Source: the human T2T-CHM13v2.0 reference genome, Homo sapiens. Taken from it: 64,000 bases of DNA. The notes under the pieces were generated by a model, which was not told where the DNA came from, ran no database searches, and saw only the letters and a program-made list of their open reading frames with translations. The stretch is from assembly GCF_009914755.1 (NCBI RefSeq), contig NC_060932.1; one strand, given 5' to 3'. How positions within the stretch are numbered: position 1 is the stretch's first letter; every line of letters begins with the position of its first letter. Position numbers and translations under genes: made by a program. Shown here piece by piece: positions 13,051 to 27,600 of the stretch.

Positions 13051-13629
13051 GTAGCAGCTGAGTAAAAGATGAGAACAGTTAAAAATGAAGGGATTCTACA
13101 TGAATAACCAGGAGTTTTAATACTATGGACAATGTTTGAGCACTGATGTAGGGAGAAAATACTCAGTGGATATCAAGCCAACATCAAGCCAGTATTAGCA
13201 TATACTGAGCAAAATGAAGAGATACAAACATACCTGGAGAGCAGTCTGGTATACATAGATAAGATAGAGTTCTCCACAACCTTAGCTTTTAAAACATGAG
13301 ACTTTAAAACTTATATTGAAGTCTTCACAAGTTCATGGTTTCTGAAATTTTGAGTGTTATAAATCAAAAGGCAAAGGTAGTTTGTTTTTACTCTAGAACA
13401 TAAGATTGTTGACCCAATTGCAATATATTTCATGTTCACAGAAGGTATGCTCTATATAAACTGTGCAAAAATGTTATTATCTGTATCAAAGAATTTAAGG
13501 AGATTCATTAGTGTAGCCTTCATGTCAAGCTTGAACAGCCATTTTTCCGGTCAATATAACTAAAAATGCACAATATTTTATTTAATCAATTTATCTCTTG
13601 CCAGAATGTCCAGGAACTTACCCAGTGAC

Positions 13630-13999
13630 CATATTAGTTTGTTTTCACTCTGCTATAAAAATACTACTTGAGACTGAGTAATTTATAAAGAAAGGAGGTT
13701 TAATTGACTCACAGTTCCACATGGCTGAGGAAGCCTGAGGAAACTTACAATCATGGCAGAAGGTGAAGGGGAAGCAAGGTACGTCTTACATTGCGGCAGG
13801 AAAGAGAGAGAGAAAGCTCAGGAGAAACTGCCACTTTTAAAATCATCATGTCTCATGAGAACTCCCTGGCTATCACAAGAACAGTATGGGGGAAACTGGC
13901 ACCATGATCCAATCACCTCCCACCAGGTCCCTCCCTTGACATGTGGGGATTATAATTCCAGATGAGATTTGGGTGGGGACAAAGAGCCACACCATATCA
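13630..13999 (-). mobile_element. THE1D/MSTA-type MaLR solo LTR with 5-bp TSD
   Basis: gactcacagttccacatggctg..aaacttacaatcatggcagaaggtgaag..gatgagatttgggtgggga..ccatatca; TSD gtgac at 13625-13629 and 14000-14004. Confidence 0.92.
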
Positions 14000-16564
14000 G
14001 TGACAAAGTACATTTTTCACTTGTTGCCCTTTGGTATTGTTCTATGACAATAGAACAAGTTAATTGCCTGCTAACAGGCAATTTGTATAGAACCTTAGAA
14101 TTATCCAAAATTTCTACAAGTTTTCATTTATTTTGAATTTCTTTAGTTTTCAAAACACCTGACAAGCAAATGGTTTTTGAAGAACTCCTCCATTCTGTGA
14201 AACTTATCTGCAGTTTGTAGAATTCATAATAACCTTTGGAATGTAAGCTGATTATCAAAACAGTTGATTAGATCAACTTCATGTAGAATATTCCCTAATG
14301 ACAATTCTCAAAGTCCCCTTTTCCTAATTCCATCCTAGCATTTATTTAATAAAGATGTCTTAAACCACTAGGTTCCAAGGATGTTTTACAAGATTATGAA
14401 TGTACAGAAAGAATGAAGTGGCAGAGGTAAATAAGAAAATGGTTGATAGGATGCAATGTTACAGATACTAAAATAAAGATATGCACAGCGTGGTTCTGGG
14501 AACTCAAACAAGGAGCAGAGAGCACCAAACTTAATAGACTGGTGGAGACAGAAGACTTTTATAAAGGGTCAAGACTTGAGACATGAAGAAGGAGATGATT
14601 TTAAAAATGAAGCAAATAATGACATTCCAGACAGGGGCAAGAGAATTTAAAAAGATGAGCAAAGTTGGGCTGTTTTCGTAACACTCTAGTGTGTTATTGA
14701 TCTTTTTCTCTTATCATCTTTTCACAAGTTCTCATTTGGCTATCATTTACATACATGCATGCAGGAAGCATGCAGTAGAGGTCACCCAATGATGTCAGAA
14801 AAATTTGAGCAAGTTGTACACATCAAGTAAATCCAATTTGCACATTGGAAGTTATCCACTGAGGAGTCAAGACAACTAGAAAGAACTGATGATATCCACA
14901 CAGCGTCATTGCAAGGGTGTTGAGATGATTTGCCCTCCTCCTTCACAGAAAGCCTTCTCTATCTGATAATGTCTGAAATAATATTGTCTTGGCTTTGTCA
15001 CTTTTGCTTATGGCTTTTATCCATTTTGAAATTAAAATACATGTGAGATGGATTATAAATTCAAGCTGTTATCACTCACTGACATCTTAGTAGAGGCAAT
15101 TTTTAGTTGCTTTTAGCAGCTTTTGATAGGAAGAAGGGAATAAAATATGAGGAAGTAGATTGCTTGAAGAATTTTATAAAGCCATGGGAGACAAACAGAA
15201 CTCTGAGAAGTGGGGCTGGGAATACTTCATTCTTGCACAGAAAAGGCACAAAATAATACTTGCCCAGTTAATTAAAAAATAAAACTTCAGTGATTTATGA
15301 TTTTTCTGTAGCTGTTCTAGTGACCAGAAATTATTCATTTTATTTTCTTTTGTCAAAGGCCAATCCTCAACAAGAAGAAAGCAATAGTACAATATTTTTG
15401 TGCAAGAAGAAAAGTTTCAAATTTCATCTTAATGTGTTTCTTATAATGTGACAACTTTTTAAAGAAGCCAAAGAGAAAAGGCATTCAAAAATAACAAAGT
15501 AGGGTTTAGTACAAAAAAACTTGGAACAAATAACATTCTAGACAAAAAATTTCAAGGAAGGATTTTACTTATAAGAAAAACTTATATACATAAGGCAATG
15601 GTAATGTTAATTAAGAGACGTGATTTAAGAGACAAAAGGCAGGACAATGTAGAGATGCTATAAGAAATCTAATGCAAAATTTATCTGCTCAGGATAAGGC
15701 TGTGCAAAGGATACCCAGCAACATCTGGGCTTTGAATTCACTATTTATAGAGGCTTGGAGCCATGTGCACAAGATTATAAGAAACAAAGGTCAAAGTTTG
15801 GATTGCAAATAGTATTAATATTGCCTTGTATATGGAAAATGGGAGAAGATTATTTTTATTTTTAGCATAAAATCTCCAACAGAAGGAATGATAAATCATA
15901 AGACAATGTAAAAGAGAATTCCTAACTCTTCTCCTTCTGGAGCAAAAAATCAATTAATCTGCTCTGTGTTCTCAGTTACTCACTGCATTTCAGCTGTTTC
16001 TGTTTTCAACTGGCCATGCTGAATTGATATGAAGAACATTTTCATAGAAGGGGCAATGTGATAGCCACCATTTTGCTCCTAGTCCCAAGAACAATGCTTG
16101 GTCCATAGCAGAAACTCAATGTTGAACTGAAAGAATGAGTGAAAGAAACAGAAATGGAAGTTGTGGAGAAGAGAAAGAAACTATTCTTATCCTGTCTTTA
16201 TATTTGGTCCTTTATTATTTCCTCTCTACACCTGAAACTGGTGATTGAGTTGGGAATGTTGGATGCATTTAGTTTGGGGTAGGAGATATGAAGCCCTGCA
16301 GAGCTCTTTAATCTGGATGTCATGAGGGAATCTTGCTTTGGAGGTTATTAGGGAAATAATTTAAATTAAATTAAGGAAAACTAGACTGAGGTTATGCAGC
16401 CTGGGTACCACTCTGAATTCTAGTGAAGTTTCTGCTGCAATTCATGGCATTTTCTTAGCCATGATGCTCATTTAACAAAATGTCTTATCTGTAGACTCGA
16501 ACCTATGTCAGGCTGATTTACATTTCCTTTAATGTTTTAAATCAATAATTATTTATTGAGAGCC

Positions 16565-17263
<699 letters not shown>

Positions 17264-17841
17264 CTATGTTGGACACTAAGGAAACAGCTGTCTGAGTTGT
17301 TAATTAAATACGACAATCCCCTTTTGGATAGTTTTGTGATGGTGTCAAGCATTAATAAATAATAATAATAAATTATAATTTTGATAATGCATTTTTATTA
17401 TATACTTTTCTTTGCTATTTTGTGTTTTTATCATGTACATACTATATTTTCACAGTAATAAATGCAGCTTTGAAAACAGGCATTTGCAAATTATCAAACA
17501 AGCTTAAGTTATTCCCAATTTACTCCTTAGTGCAGATTTAAGGAAGAGAGATAAAAAGTGGATTTAGCTACTAAATTAAGTTCTGTGAACTTTAAAATGT
17601 GTATTATAAACTCTGTATTTTCAGTGGTTAATGCATTAATAAGGCCCAACGTTTCTTGGAAGATAAATTTCAGGAAACTTATTTACATATTCATATCACT
17701 TTGTGTCATTGGTGTGAGGCATTGCAGACATGGCCTTAGCTTTGCTCCTGGCACCTGGTGCCTTTCCCACATGAAATATAACTATTCAGTCAGCCTTGTT
17801 ATGATGATGACAGTTAATTTTGTCTTTTAAAACCAACCTTT

Positions 17842-18143
17842 GGCCAGCTGCGGTGGCCCACACCTATAATCCCAGCATTTCGGGTGGCCGAGGCGGGCAG
17901 CTCATGAGGTCAGGAGATAGAGACAGTCCTGGCTAACATCATCAAACACCATCTCTACTAAAAGTACAAAAAAAATTAGCCAGGCATGGTGGCACATGCC
18001 TATAGTCCCAACTACTCGGGAGGCTGAAGCAGGGGAATCGCTTGAACCCGGGAGGCAGAGGCTTCAGTAAGCCAAGATCGCCACTGCACGCCAGCCTTGG
18101 CAACAGATAGAGACTTTGATCTCAAAAAAAAAAAAAAAAAAAA
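17842..18143 (+). mobile_element. Alu (AluSc-like), full length
   Basis: catgaggtcaggagatagagacagtcctggctaac diagnostic segment; A20 tail; flanking aacctt repeat. Confidence 0.95.
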
Positions 18144-19311
18144 CCTTCAGTGTCGGCATTTTAGCACTCTTGTCCAATTTAGCAAATGATGTACAAAAAT
18201 GGATGTTATAAATTTTCTCCAGGCTTACAATTTAATATTATTAGTTGTTGTTGTTTTTCTATGATCTAGGAATTTGGGGGAAATATCTACTGTTTCCTCT
18301 TTAGAATCCAAGGCAACTTTTTTCCTCTCATTTTTCTTAAGTTCCAAAATACTAGGAAATTTTTTAAGCATTTCTTTTTATTTTTAGCTTATTTGCAGCT
18401 AGATTTTGACTGGTTATAAATGTAGTATACAAAATATCTTCTTATTGAAATGCTGCTAATTAAATAAAGCTTCTTTTTACTTGAATTAAACTTTGCAGAA
18501 GGAAAAAAAGCCACCAACAAACATGTAAGACAATTGTAACAGCAATCAAGCTAAACTTCTCCAGGGTTTTTTGATACCCTGGGATATAATATTTCTGAGA
18601 ACTCTTCTGCTATAATGAAGAATTCCATAGTTATCCAGATAGATCCCAGCATGGCTACACATTATTTTGAATTTGATAAGCCAAGAACATATGTATTTAT
18701 TTGTATCCCATTAGTTCAATTACCTGGTGAAAAACATACCGTTCAGTTGACAGAGACATATATATTTTGCTTAATCTTCATGCACCCAAAATAGATTTAA
18801 CAGTAAGTCTGTATCAGAATGCTCTGATGTCCGAAGAAATGTAACCCTAATAAATGTAGAACACCCAAATAACAGTCTTTACAGAGAGCTGCATTTAAAA
18901 ATATGCTATTTAGTAGCCATAATGATTTTTAAATAATACTATTTTGGCTTTTTTTCTTACAAAGAACATTAAAGTGGATCTAATTCATAACTCCAAATAA
19001 CACCTATCAAAAGTCCTTATCTGATGTTTCAGTACTGTTATACCTTTCTGCTGTTCTATACTCTTTTGGATTCCAAAATTCACCTGGCACAGTCTCTTAT
19101 CTTTCTCTGTCTTACTACATTTAGGGTATGGATAGTCCTAATCTATTTTCCAATTAGAAAAATACACTCCACTTTAGCAAGAAAGAGAAGAGGGAAATAA
19201 GTGGACAATAGAAAATCCTCTTTTGTGGGCAGGATGACTGGAGGAAGGCAGTGACATTTACCCAGGCAGAGTATTCCTCAAGAGCTATTCCCGGGCCTGA
19301 CTTCCCGTTCT

Positions 19312-20490
19312 TCCACTCAACAAATGGCTATCAAGCACTTGTCACGTTTCTGGGACTCTTATAGAACTTACACTATAGCTGTGAACAAGAGAGAAAACTT
19401 TTCTATGTGTATTTGTTTTCTGTTGCTGTAACAAAAATTACCACAAACTTAGTTACTGAAAATAACATAAATTTATGACTTGACCGTTCTGTAGGTTAGA
19501 AGTCTGACATGTGCATCGCTGGGCTTGTATCTGGTGTTGGCAGGGCCATGCCCTTTTCTAGAGAGTAGGGGAGAAAGTAGGGGAGAACCCACTTCTTCAT
19601 CTTTTCCGGCTTCTACAGGCTGTCCACATGTTCTATCTTGTGGCCCTTTCCTCCATCTTCAAAGCCAGCAACATTGCCTCTCCCTGACCATTATTCCGTA
19701 GTCACATCTCTCTCTGAATCTCCTCTTCTATCCCTCTCTTCTTACATTGGGCCCACCTGGACAATCTAGAATAATTTCCCTATCTTAAAATTAACTCATT
19801 AGCAGCCTTGATTCTATCTGCAACCTTACTTTCCCTTTGTCATGTAACGTAACATACTCCCAGTTTTTAGAATTAGAATATGGGCATCTTAGGCAGGGGC
19901 CAGGGGTGGTTGTCATGATGCCCATTGTGTATCCTCATAGATCTCACAGTTTAGTGGAAAATCTAAACAGGTAAGTGGGAAATCTCCATACAGTGTACTA
20001 AGTGCTGATGGGGGAAGGCTAGAAGTGCCTACAAGGGTCACCTAACAGAATTCCAGGTTAAAGAAGGCTTTCCAGGTAAAGTGACATTAACACTGAGATC
20101 CGGAGGTTAAATAGGCATAGTCAATGCAAGCAGTGGTTGTGGGGTGGTGGGGTGAGAGGCAGAGAACAATATTTCATACGGAAGGAATATGAAGTACAGG
20201 GTCCCAGAGGTCATGGAGGGGAGAGGGAGCATCACTCAAGTCAGGGAGTAAAAGGAGTTTCTTATAGCTGGGGCAAGGCTCAGGTGTGGGGTCGGAGGCA
20301 TGGAGGCTGGATTAATAGAAAAGGGCCAGATCAGGAGGAGATTTGCCAGCCTTGACAAGTGGGAAGTGGGGTTCAGGCCCTGCCTTACTAGCCATGAAGA
20401 AGCTGGAGGATTCTAGCCCAGGGCAGGTTTGGATTTAGTTGGTCTTTGAGAAAAATCATTCTGGCTGCTCTGTGGAGAGTTGATTATAAG
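19312..20490 (-). mobile_element. L2 fragment split by an MLT1 LTR
   Basis: cactcaacaaat..gtgaacaaga; ctcacagtttagtgg..aagaaggctttccagg..aaatcattctggctgctctgtggagagttgatt. Confidence 0.65.
19406..19930 (-). mobile_element. MLT1D-like MaLR LTR
   Basis: gctgtaacaaaaattaccacaaacttag..ttctgtaggttagaagtctgaca..ctccatcttcaaagccagcaa..gggcccacctggacaatctag. Confidence 0.82.
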
Positions 20491-21614
20491 AAGGTCTGAT
20501 GGAACATCTTATTAGTGACCTAAGTGGGTAAAAGTAAAAGAAGATCCATTAGCATAGCATTGTAGAAGCCCCATGGGAAGTCCAAGGATAAATATTGTTG
20601 GGGAAGGGACCAGCATTTCTAGGATGTGTTCAGATCTGAGAGCTGTTGATTATTGAAAGAAGCAATAACAAACATGTGGAATTAAGTACCCGAAGATGAG
20701 TATTCGGAAAATGAAACATCTGAGGAAAACATGTTTGAAAAATACCTGTTGATCATGTTAGAAATTTATCTAAAATTTATCCAAAATATTGTAACTACAT
20801 ATAGCAAGTTGTCTAGAAGTCGGCAATTAGTTTTAATGAATCAGGTCATAATGGGATCATTCTGTGGCCCAGCTGTCCTGTGGAAGGAGGTGGAGTGTGA
20901 GGGGGGCCCTTTGTAATATGACACTGTGCCAGAGTGCAGAGATAAAATTTATAATGCAATTAATTCTACAAATTGGTCCCTTAACTTTAAATGCTTTTAA
21001 TAGCATACTTTTAGCTCTCCTGAAATTTCATTTTTCCGGAAAGCCTTAATGTGATGTTTGGCACTCCTTTTTCATCATATATGGTCCTGACCAATAAATC
21101 TTTTCATATTTGACAGACAGGAGTGTTACATTTTCCTCTAGGATTCTGGTCCTAATTTCTCTGACAATTTAGTCTGTATTTACAACGAAATGAAAGGGAA
21201 AGTTACAATTTAAGCCATTAAAGATTTCTAAAAAGCATACTGTTGCTGGGAAAAGGTGAAACCCTAAAAGTTGGGTTGTTAAGTTGAGTGAATCAGATAA
21301 ATGGAGGGAAGTGTTTTTATACCTCTTACACTTTCCAAACCACCTGGGGCTGGCAGCTTGGGGAGCACATCCATAGCAGGCTTTCTGGTGAGAGTTTTGA
21401 CACTCCCACTTCTGGTCCCTATTGGAAATATCACAAAACAAGCCTTCTGTGCAGCATTTTAGTAAGTACCGTGCCAATTTATGAATTACAAAAAAAGAGA
21501 GAGAGAGAGAGAGTGAGAGAAAACTTACCCAAAATTTTCAGAACTTTAAAAGGCTTTCATTTGAAAGTAATGGTCAAGCTCTAATCCGACTCCAAAATCC
21601 CTAAGTTAAAGATA

Positions 21615-22200
21615 AGGGTATCAGTAAGGAAAGATTTTAGATGAAAGTACCCAAAATTGGGCTAACATAAGCTTAAACATGAGGTATTTGGTGTTACTTA
21701 AAATAGAAACTGGAAGTTTGGCCTCTGGGGCTGGGTCAGTCACTCTACAGGTTGATACTATCACTCTTCCTTCTCTATCAGCTTCAGAATCTGAAGCTTT
21801 TTCCTAAACTGACCATACAGTTTATTGTCTAATCCAGGACACTTTTGAATTTAGAGAGGGGCCATTGTTAATAATTATACTGGGGCAGCAGGGGTCACTG
21901 GGACTGTGCTGGACAAACCAGTTCATGTGGTTATCTAATTTTTTTCTCATGCTGTTGCTCTGTTATCTCAAAATGGCTGCCATGGTTCCAACTGTTGATC
22001 CTCACACCATATTCAAATGCAAGAAGCAAGGGAAGAGGCCACACCAGCAAGCTTGCTTCCCAGACCTGCCACTTTATTAGAAAGAAATTCTTTTCTCAGG
22101 CAACCTCATTAGATAGCCACTTACATCTCATTGCTGTAGCTGCAAGAAAAGCTGAGAGTGTGAGTGTGCCCACTAGAAGCAGAATTGTCATGATCAGCTT
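21615..22200. mobile_element. Very old MLT1-type LTR remnant
   Basis: caaaatggctgcc..ttccaac..cctcacac..caagaagcaaggga..gctgcaagaaaagctgagagtgtgagt. Confidence 0.4.
21808..21937. mobile_element. MER81-like hAT-Blackjack MITE
   Basis: tgaccatacagtttattgtctaatccaggacacttttga..taataattatactgggg..gggactgtgctggacaaacc. Confidence 0.65.
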
Positions 22201-23595
22201 GGTTACTGGATTATAATAACCACAAAATATATAATAGCCCAGAGGGTGCTGGCAAGATGACAATAGGAATAGCTCCGGTCTACAGCTTTCAGCAAGATCC
22301 AACACAGAAGGCAGGGAATTTCTGCATTTTCAACTGAGGTACCAGGTTCATCTCATGGGGATAGGTTGGACAGAGGGTGCAGCCCATGGAGGGTGAGCCA
22401 AAGCAGGGTCGGGTGTCACCACACCCAGGAAGCATAAGGGTCGGGGGATCTCCCTCTCCTAGCCAAGGGAAGTTGTGAGGGACTGTACTGAGAGGAACAG
22501 TGCACTCTGGCCCAGATACTGTGCTTTTCCCATGGTCTTCATAACTGACAGACCAGGAGATTCACAACTGACAGACCAGGAGATTGCCTCTGGTACCTAT
22601 GCCACCAGGGCCCTGGGTTTCAAGCACAAAACTGGGCAGCCATTTGGGCAGACACTGAGCTAGCTGCAGGAGTTCTATAGATATATACACACACACACCA
22701 GTGGCACCTGGAACGCCAGTGAGACAGAACCGTTCACTCCTGTGGAAAGGGGGCTGAAGCCAGGGAGCCTCTACCCCCATGGAGCCAAGCAAGCTAAGAT
22801 TCACTGGCTTGAAATTCTTGCTGCTAGCACAACAGTGTGAGGTCAATCTGGGACGATCGAGCTTGGTGCCAGAGGGGCGTCCACCATTGATGAGGCTTGA
22901 GTAGGCAGTTTTACCCTCACAGTGTAAACAAAGCTGCTGGGAAGTTCAAACTGGGTGGAGCCCACCGCAGCTCAGCAAGGCCACTGCAGCCAGGCTGCGT
23001 CTTTAGATTCCTCCTCTCTGGGCAAGATACCTCCGAAAGAAAGGCAGCAGTCCCATCAGGGACTTATAGAAAAAAACCCCATCTCCCTGAGACAGAGCAC
23101 CTAGTGGAAAGAGTGCTGTGAGCACAGCTTCAGCAGACTTAAATGTCCCTGCCTGAAAGCTCTGAAGAGAGCAGCAGATCTCCCAGCACAGTGTTCAAGT
23201 GTCCCACTGATAAGGGACAGACTGCCTCCTCAAGTGGGTCCCTGACCCCCATGTATCCTGACTGGGAGACACCTCCCAGTAGGGGCCAACAGACACCTCA
23301 TACAGGAGAGCTCTGTCTGGCATCTGGCAGGTGCCCTTCTAAGACGAAGCTTCCAGAGGAAGGAATAGGCAGCAATCTTTGCTGTTCTGCAGCCTCCACT
23401 GGTGATACCCAGGTTAACAGGGTCTGGAGTGGACCTCCAGCAAACTCCAGCAGACCTGCAGCAAGGGGGCCTGACTTTTAGAAGGAAAACTAAGAAACAG
23501 AAAGGAAGAGTATCAACAACAACAAAAAGGACGTCCACTCAAAGGCCCCATCAGAAGGTCACCAACATCAAAGAATAAAGGTAGATAAATCCACA

Positions 23596-24615
23596 ATGAG
23601 AAACCATTGCAAAAAGGCTGAAAATTCCAAGAACCAGAATGCCTTTTCTCATCCAAAGGATCACAGTTCCATGCCAGCAAGGGAAAAAAAAATGGACGGA
23701 CAATGAGTTTGATGAATTGACAGAAGTAGGCTTCAGAAGGTAGGTAGTAACAAGCTCCTCTGAGCTAAAGGAGCATGATCTAAGCCAATGCAAGGAAGCT
23801 AAGAACCTTGAAAAAAGGTTAGATGAATTGCTAACTAGAATAACCAGTTCAGAGAAGAACATAAATGACCTGATCGAACTGAAAAACACAGCACAAGAAC
23901 TTCGTGAAGCATACACAAGTATCAATAGCCAAAGTGAAAAAGCGGAAGAAAGGACATCAGAGATTGAAGATCAATTCAATGAAATAAGGCTAGAAGACAA
24001 AATTAGAGAAAATAGAGGAAAGAAATGAACAAAGCCTCCAAGAAATATGGGCCTATGTGAAAAGACCAAATATATGTTTGATTGGTGTACCTGAAAGTGA
24101 CGGGGAGAATGGAACCAAGTTGGAAAACACACTTCAGGATATTATCAAGGAGAACTTCCCCAACCTAGTAAGGCAGGCCAACATTCAAGTTCAGGAAATA
24201 CAGACAACACCACAAAGATACTCCTCCAGAAGAGCAACCAGGACACATAATTGTCACATTCACCAAGGTTGAAATGAGGGAAAAAATGTTAAGGGCAGCC
24301 ACACAGAAAGGTCGGGTTACCCACAGAGGGAAGCCCATCAGACTAACAGCAGATCTCTATGCAAAAACCATACAAACCAGAAGAGAGTGGGGGCCAATAT
24401 TCAACATTCTTAAAGGAAATAATTTTCAACCCAGAATTTCATATCCAGCCATACTAAACTTCATAGGCAAAGGAGAAATAAAATTCTTTACAGACAAGCA
24501 AATGCTGGGAGATTTTGTCACCATCAGGCCTTCCTTACAAGAGATCTTGAAGGAAGCACTAAACATGGAAAGGAACAACCGGTACCAGCCACTGCAAAAA
24601 CACACCAAATTGTAA
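23596..24615 (+). pseudogene. L1 ORF1p remnant (frameshifted)
   Basis: Fragments LTRITSSEKNINDLIELKNTAQELREAYTS, KRPNICLIGVPESDGENGTKLENTLQDII, REWGPIFNILK..FQPRISYPA. Confidence 0.93.
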
Positions 24616-24678
24616 AGACCATCAACACAATGGAGAAACTGTATCAACTAATGGACAAAATAACCAACTAGTGTCATA

Positions 24679-27600
24679 ATGACAGGATCAAATTCACAAA
24701 TAACAATATTAACCTTACATGTAAATGGGCTAAATGCCCCAATTAATAGACACAGACTGGCAAATTGGATAAAGAGTCAAGACCCATCAGTGTGCTGTAT
24801 TCAGGAGACCCATGTCACGTGCAAAGACACATATAGACTCAAAATAAAGGGATGGAGGAAGATTTACCCAGCAAATGGAAAGCAGAAAAAAGCAGAGGTT
24901 GCAATCCTAGTCTCTGGTAAAACAAACTTTAAATCAACAAAGATCAAAAGAGACAAAGAAGGCCATTACATGATGGTAAAGAGATCAATGCAACAAGAAC
25001 AGCTAACTATTCTAAATATATATGCACCCAATACAGGAGCACCCAGATTCATAAAGCAAATTCTTAGAGACCTACAAAGAAACTTAGACTCCCACACAAT
25101 AAAAATGGGAGACTTTAACACACCACTGTCAATGTTAGACATATCAATGAGGCAGAAAATTAACAAGGATAATCCAGGACTTGAACTCAGCTCTGGATCA
25201 AGCAGATCTAATAGACATCTACAGAACTCTCCACCCCAAATCAACAGAATATACATTCTTCTCTGCTCCACATCTCGCTTATTCTAAAATTGACCACAAA
25301 TGCAACAGAACAGAAATCATAACAAACAGTCTCTCAGACCACATAGCAATCAAATTAGAACTCAGAATTAAGAAACTCACTCAAAACTGCACAACTACAT
25401 GGAAACTGAACAACCTGCTCCTGAGTGACTACTGGGTAATTAAAGAAATGAAGGCAGAAATAAAGATGTTCTTTGAAACCAAAGAACAAAGAACAAAGAC
25501 ACAATGTATCAGAATCTCTGGGACACGTTTAAAGCAGTGTGTAGAGGGAAATTTATAGCACTAAATGCCCACAAGAAAGCAGGAAAGATTGAAAATTGAC
25601 ACCCTAACATCACAATTAAAAGAACTAAAGAAACAAGAAGAAACGAATTCAAAAGCTAGCAGAAGACAAGAAATAACTAAGATCAGAGAAGAACTGAAGG
25701 AGATAGAGACACGGAAAACTCTTCAAAAACATCAATGAATCCAGGAGCTGGTTTTTTGAAAAGATCAACAAAATAGATAGACTGCTTACCAGATTAATAA
25801 AAAAGAAAACAGAGAAGAATCAAATAGATGCAATAAAAATAATGAAGGGGATATCACCATAGATACCACAGAAATACAAACAACCATCAGAGAATAAAGT
25901 ACCTCTACACAAATAAACTAGAAAATCTAGAAGAAATGGATAAATTCCTGGACACATACACCCTCCCAAGACTAAACCAGGAAGAAGTCGAATCCCTGAA
26001 TAGAACTGAGGCAGTAATTAATAGCCTACCAACCAACAAAGCCCAGGACTAGACAGATTCACAGCCGAATTCTACCGTAGGTACAAAGAGGAGCTGGTAC
26101 CATTCCTTCTAAAACTCTTTCAGCAATAGAAAAAGAGGGACTCCTTCCTAACTCATCCTGATACCAAAACCTGGCAGAGACACAACCAAAAAAGAAAATT
26201 TCAGGCCAACATCCAAGATGAACTTTGATGCAAAAATCCTCAATAAAATACTGGCAAACAGAATCCAGCAGCACATCAAAAAGCTTATCCACCATGATCA
26301 AGTTGGCTTCAACCCTGGGATGCAAGGCTGGTTCAACATACACAAATCAATAAACATAATCCATGACATAAACAGAACCAATGATAAAAAACACATGATT
26401 ATCTCAATAGATGCAGAACAGACCTTCAACAAAATTTAACATCCCTTCATACTAAAAACTCTCAATAAACTAGGTATTGATGGAACGTATTTCAAAATAA
26501 TAAGAGCTATTTATGACAAACCCACAGCCAGTATCATACTGAATGGGCCAAAACTTAAAGCATTCCCTTTGAAAACCAGCACAAGCCCTCTCTCACCACT
26601 CCTATTTAACAGAATATTGGAAGTTCTGGCAAGAGCAATCAGGCAAGAGAAAGAAATAAAGGGTATTCAGTTATGAAAAGAGGAAATGAAATTGTCTCTG
26701 TTTGCAGATGACATGATTGTATATTTAGAAAACACCATCGTCTCAGCCCGAAATCTCCTTAAGCTGATAAGCAGCTTCAGCAAAATCTCAGGATACAAAA
26801 TCAATGTGCAAAAATCACAAGCATTGCTATACACCAATAATAGACAGAGAGTCAAATCATGAGTGAACTCCCATTCACAATTGCTACAAAGAGAATAAAA
26901 TACCTAGGGATACAACTTACAAGTGATGTGAAGGACCTCTTCAAGGAGAACTACAAACCACTGTTCAAGGAAATAGGAGATGACACAAACAAATGGAAAA
27001 TCATTCCTTGCTCATGGATACGAAGAATCAACACCATGAAAATGGCCATACTGCCCAAAGTAATTTATAGATTTAATGCTATTCCCATCAAGCTACCAGT
27101 GACTTTCTTCACAGAACTGGAAAAAACTACTTTAAATTTCATATGGAACCAAAAAACAGCCCATATAACCAAGACAATCCTAAGCAAAAAGAACAAAGCT
27201 GGAGGCATCACGCTACCTGGCTTCAAAACGATACTACAAGGCTACAGTAACAAAAACAGCATGGTACTGGTATCAAAACAGATATAGAGACCAATGGAAT
27301 AGAACAGAGGCCTCAGAAATAACACCACACATCTACAACCATCTGATCTTTGACAAACCTGACAAAAACAAGCAATGGGGAAAGGATTCCCTATTTAATA
27401 AATGGTGTTGGGAAAACTGGCTAGCCATATGCAGAAAACAGAAACTGGATCCCTTCCTTACACCTTGTACAAAACTTAACTACTGATGGATTAAAGACTT
27501 AAACATAAGGCCTAAAACCATAAAAACCCTAGAAGAAAACCTAGGCAATACCATTCAGGACATAGGCATGGGCAAATATTTCATGACTAAAACACCAAAA

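Noticed and set aside
14062-14083. 9-bp hairpin aattgcctg-ctaa-caggcaatt
   Set aside because: Isolated and short; roughly expected by chance in 64 kb.
14788-14865. Possible C/D box snoRNA (atgatg...ctga)
   Set aside because: Imperfect C box and no convincing terminal stem.
22475-23925. Multiple ORFs on both strands including possible ORF0
   Set aside because: They lie in the decayed L1 5'UTR/ORF1; I cannot support an intact ORF0.
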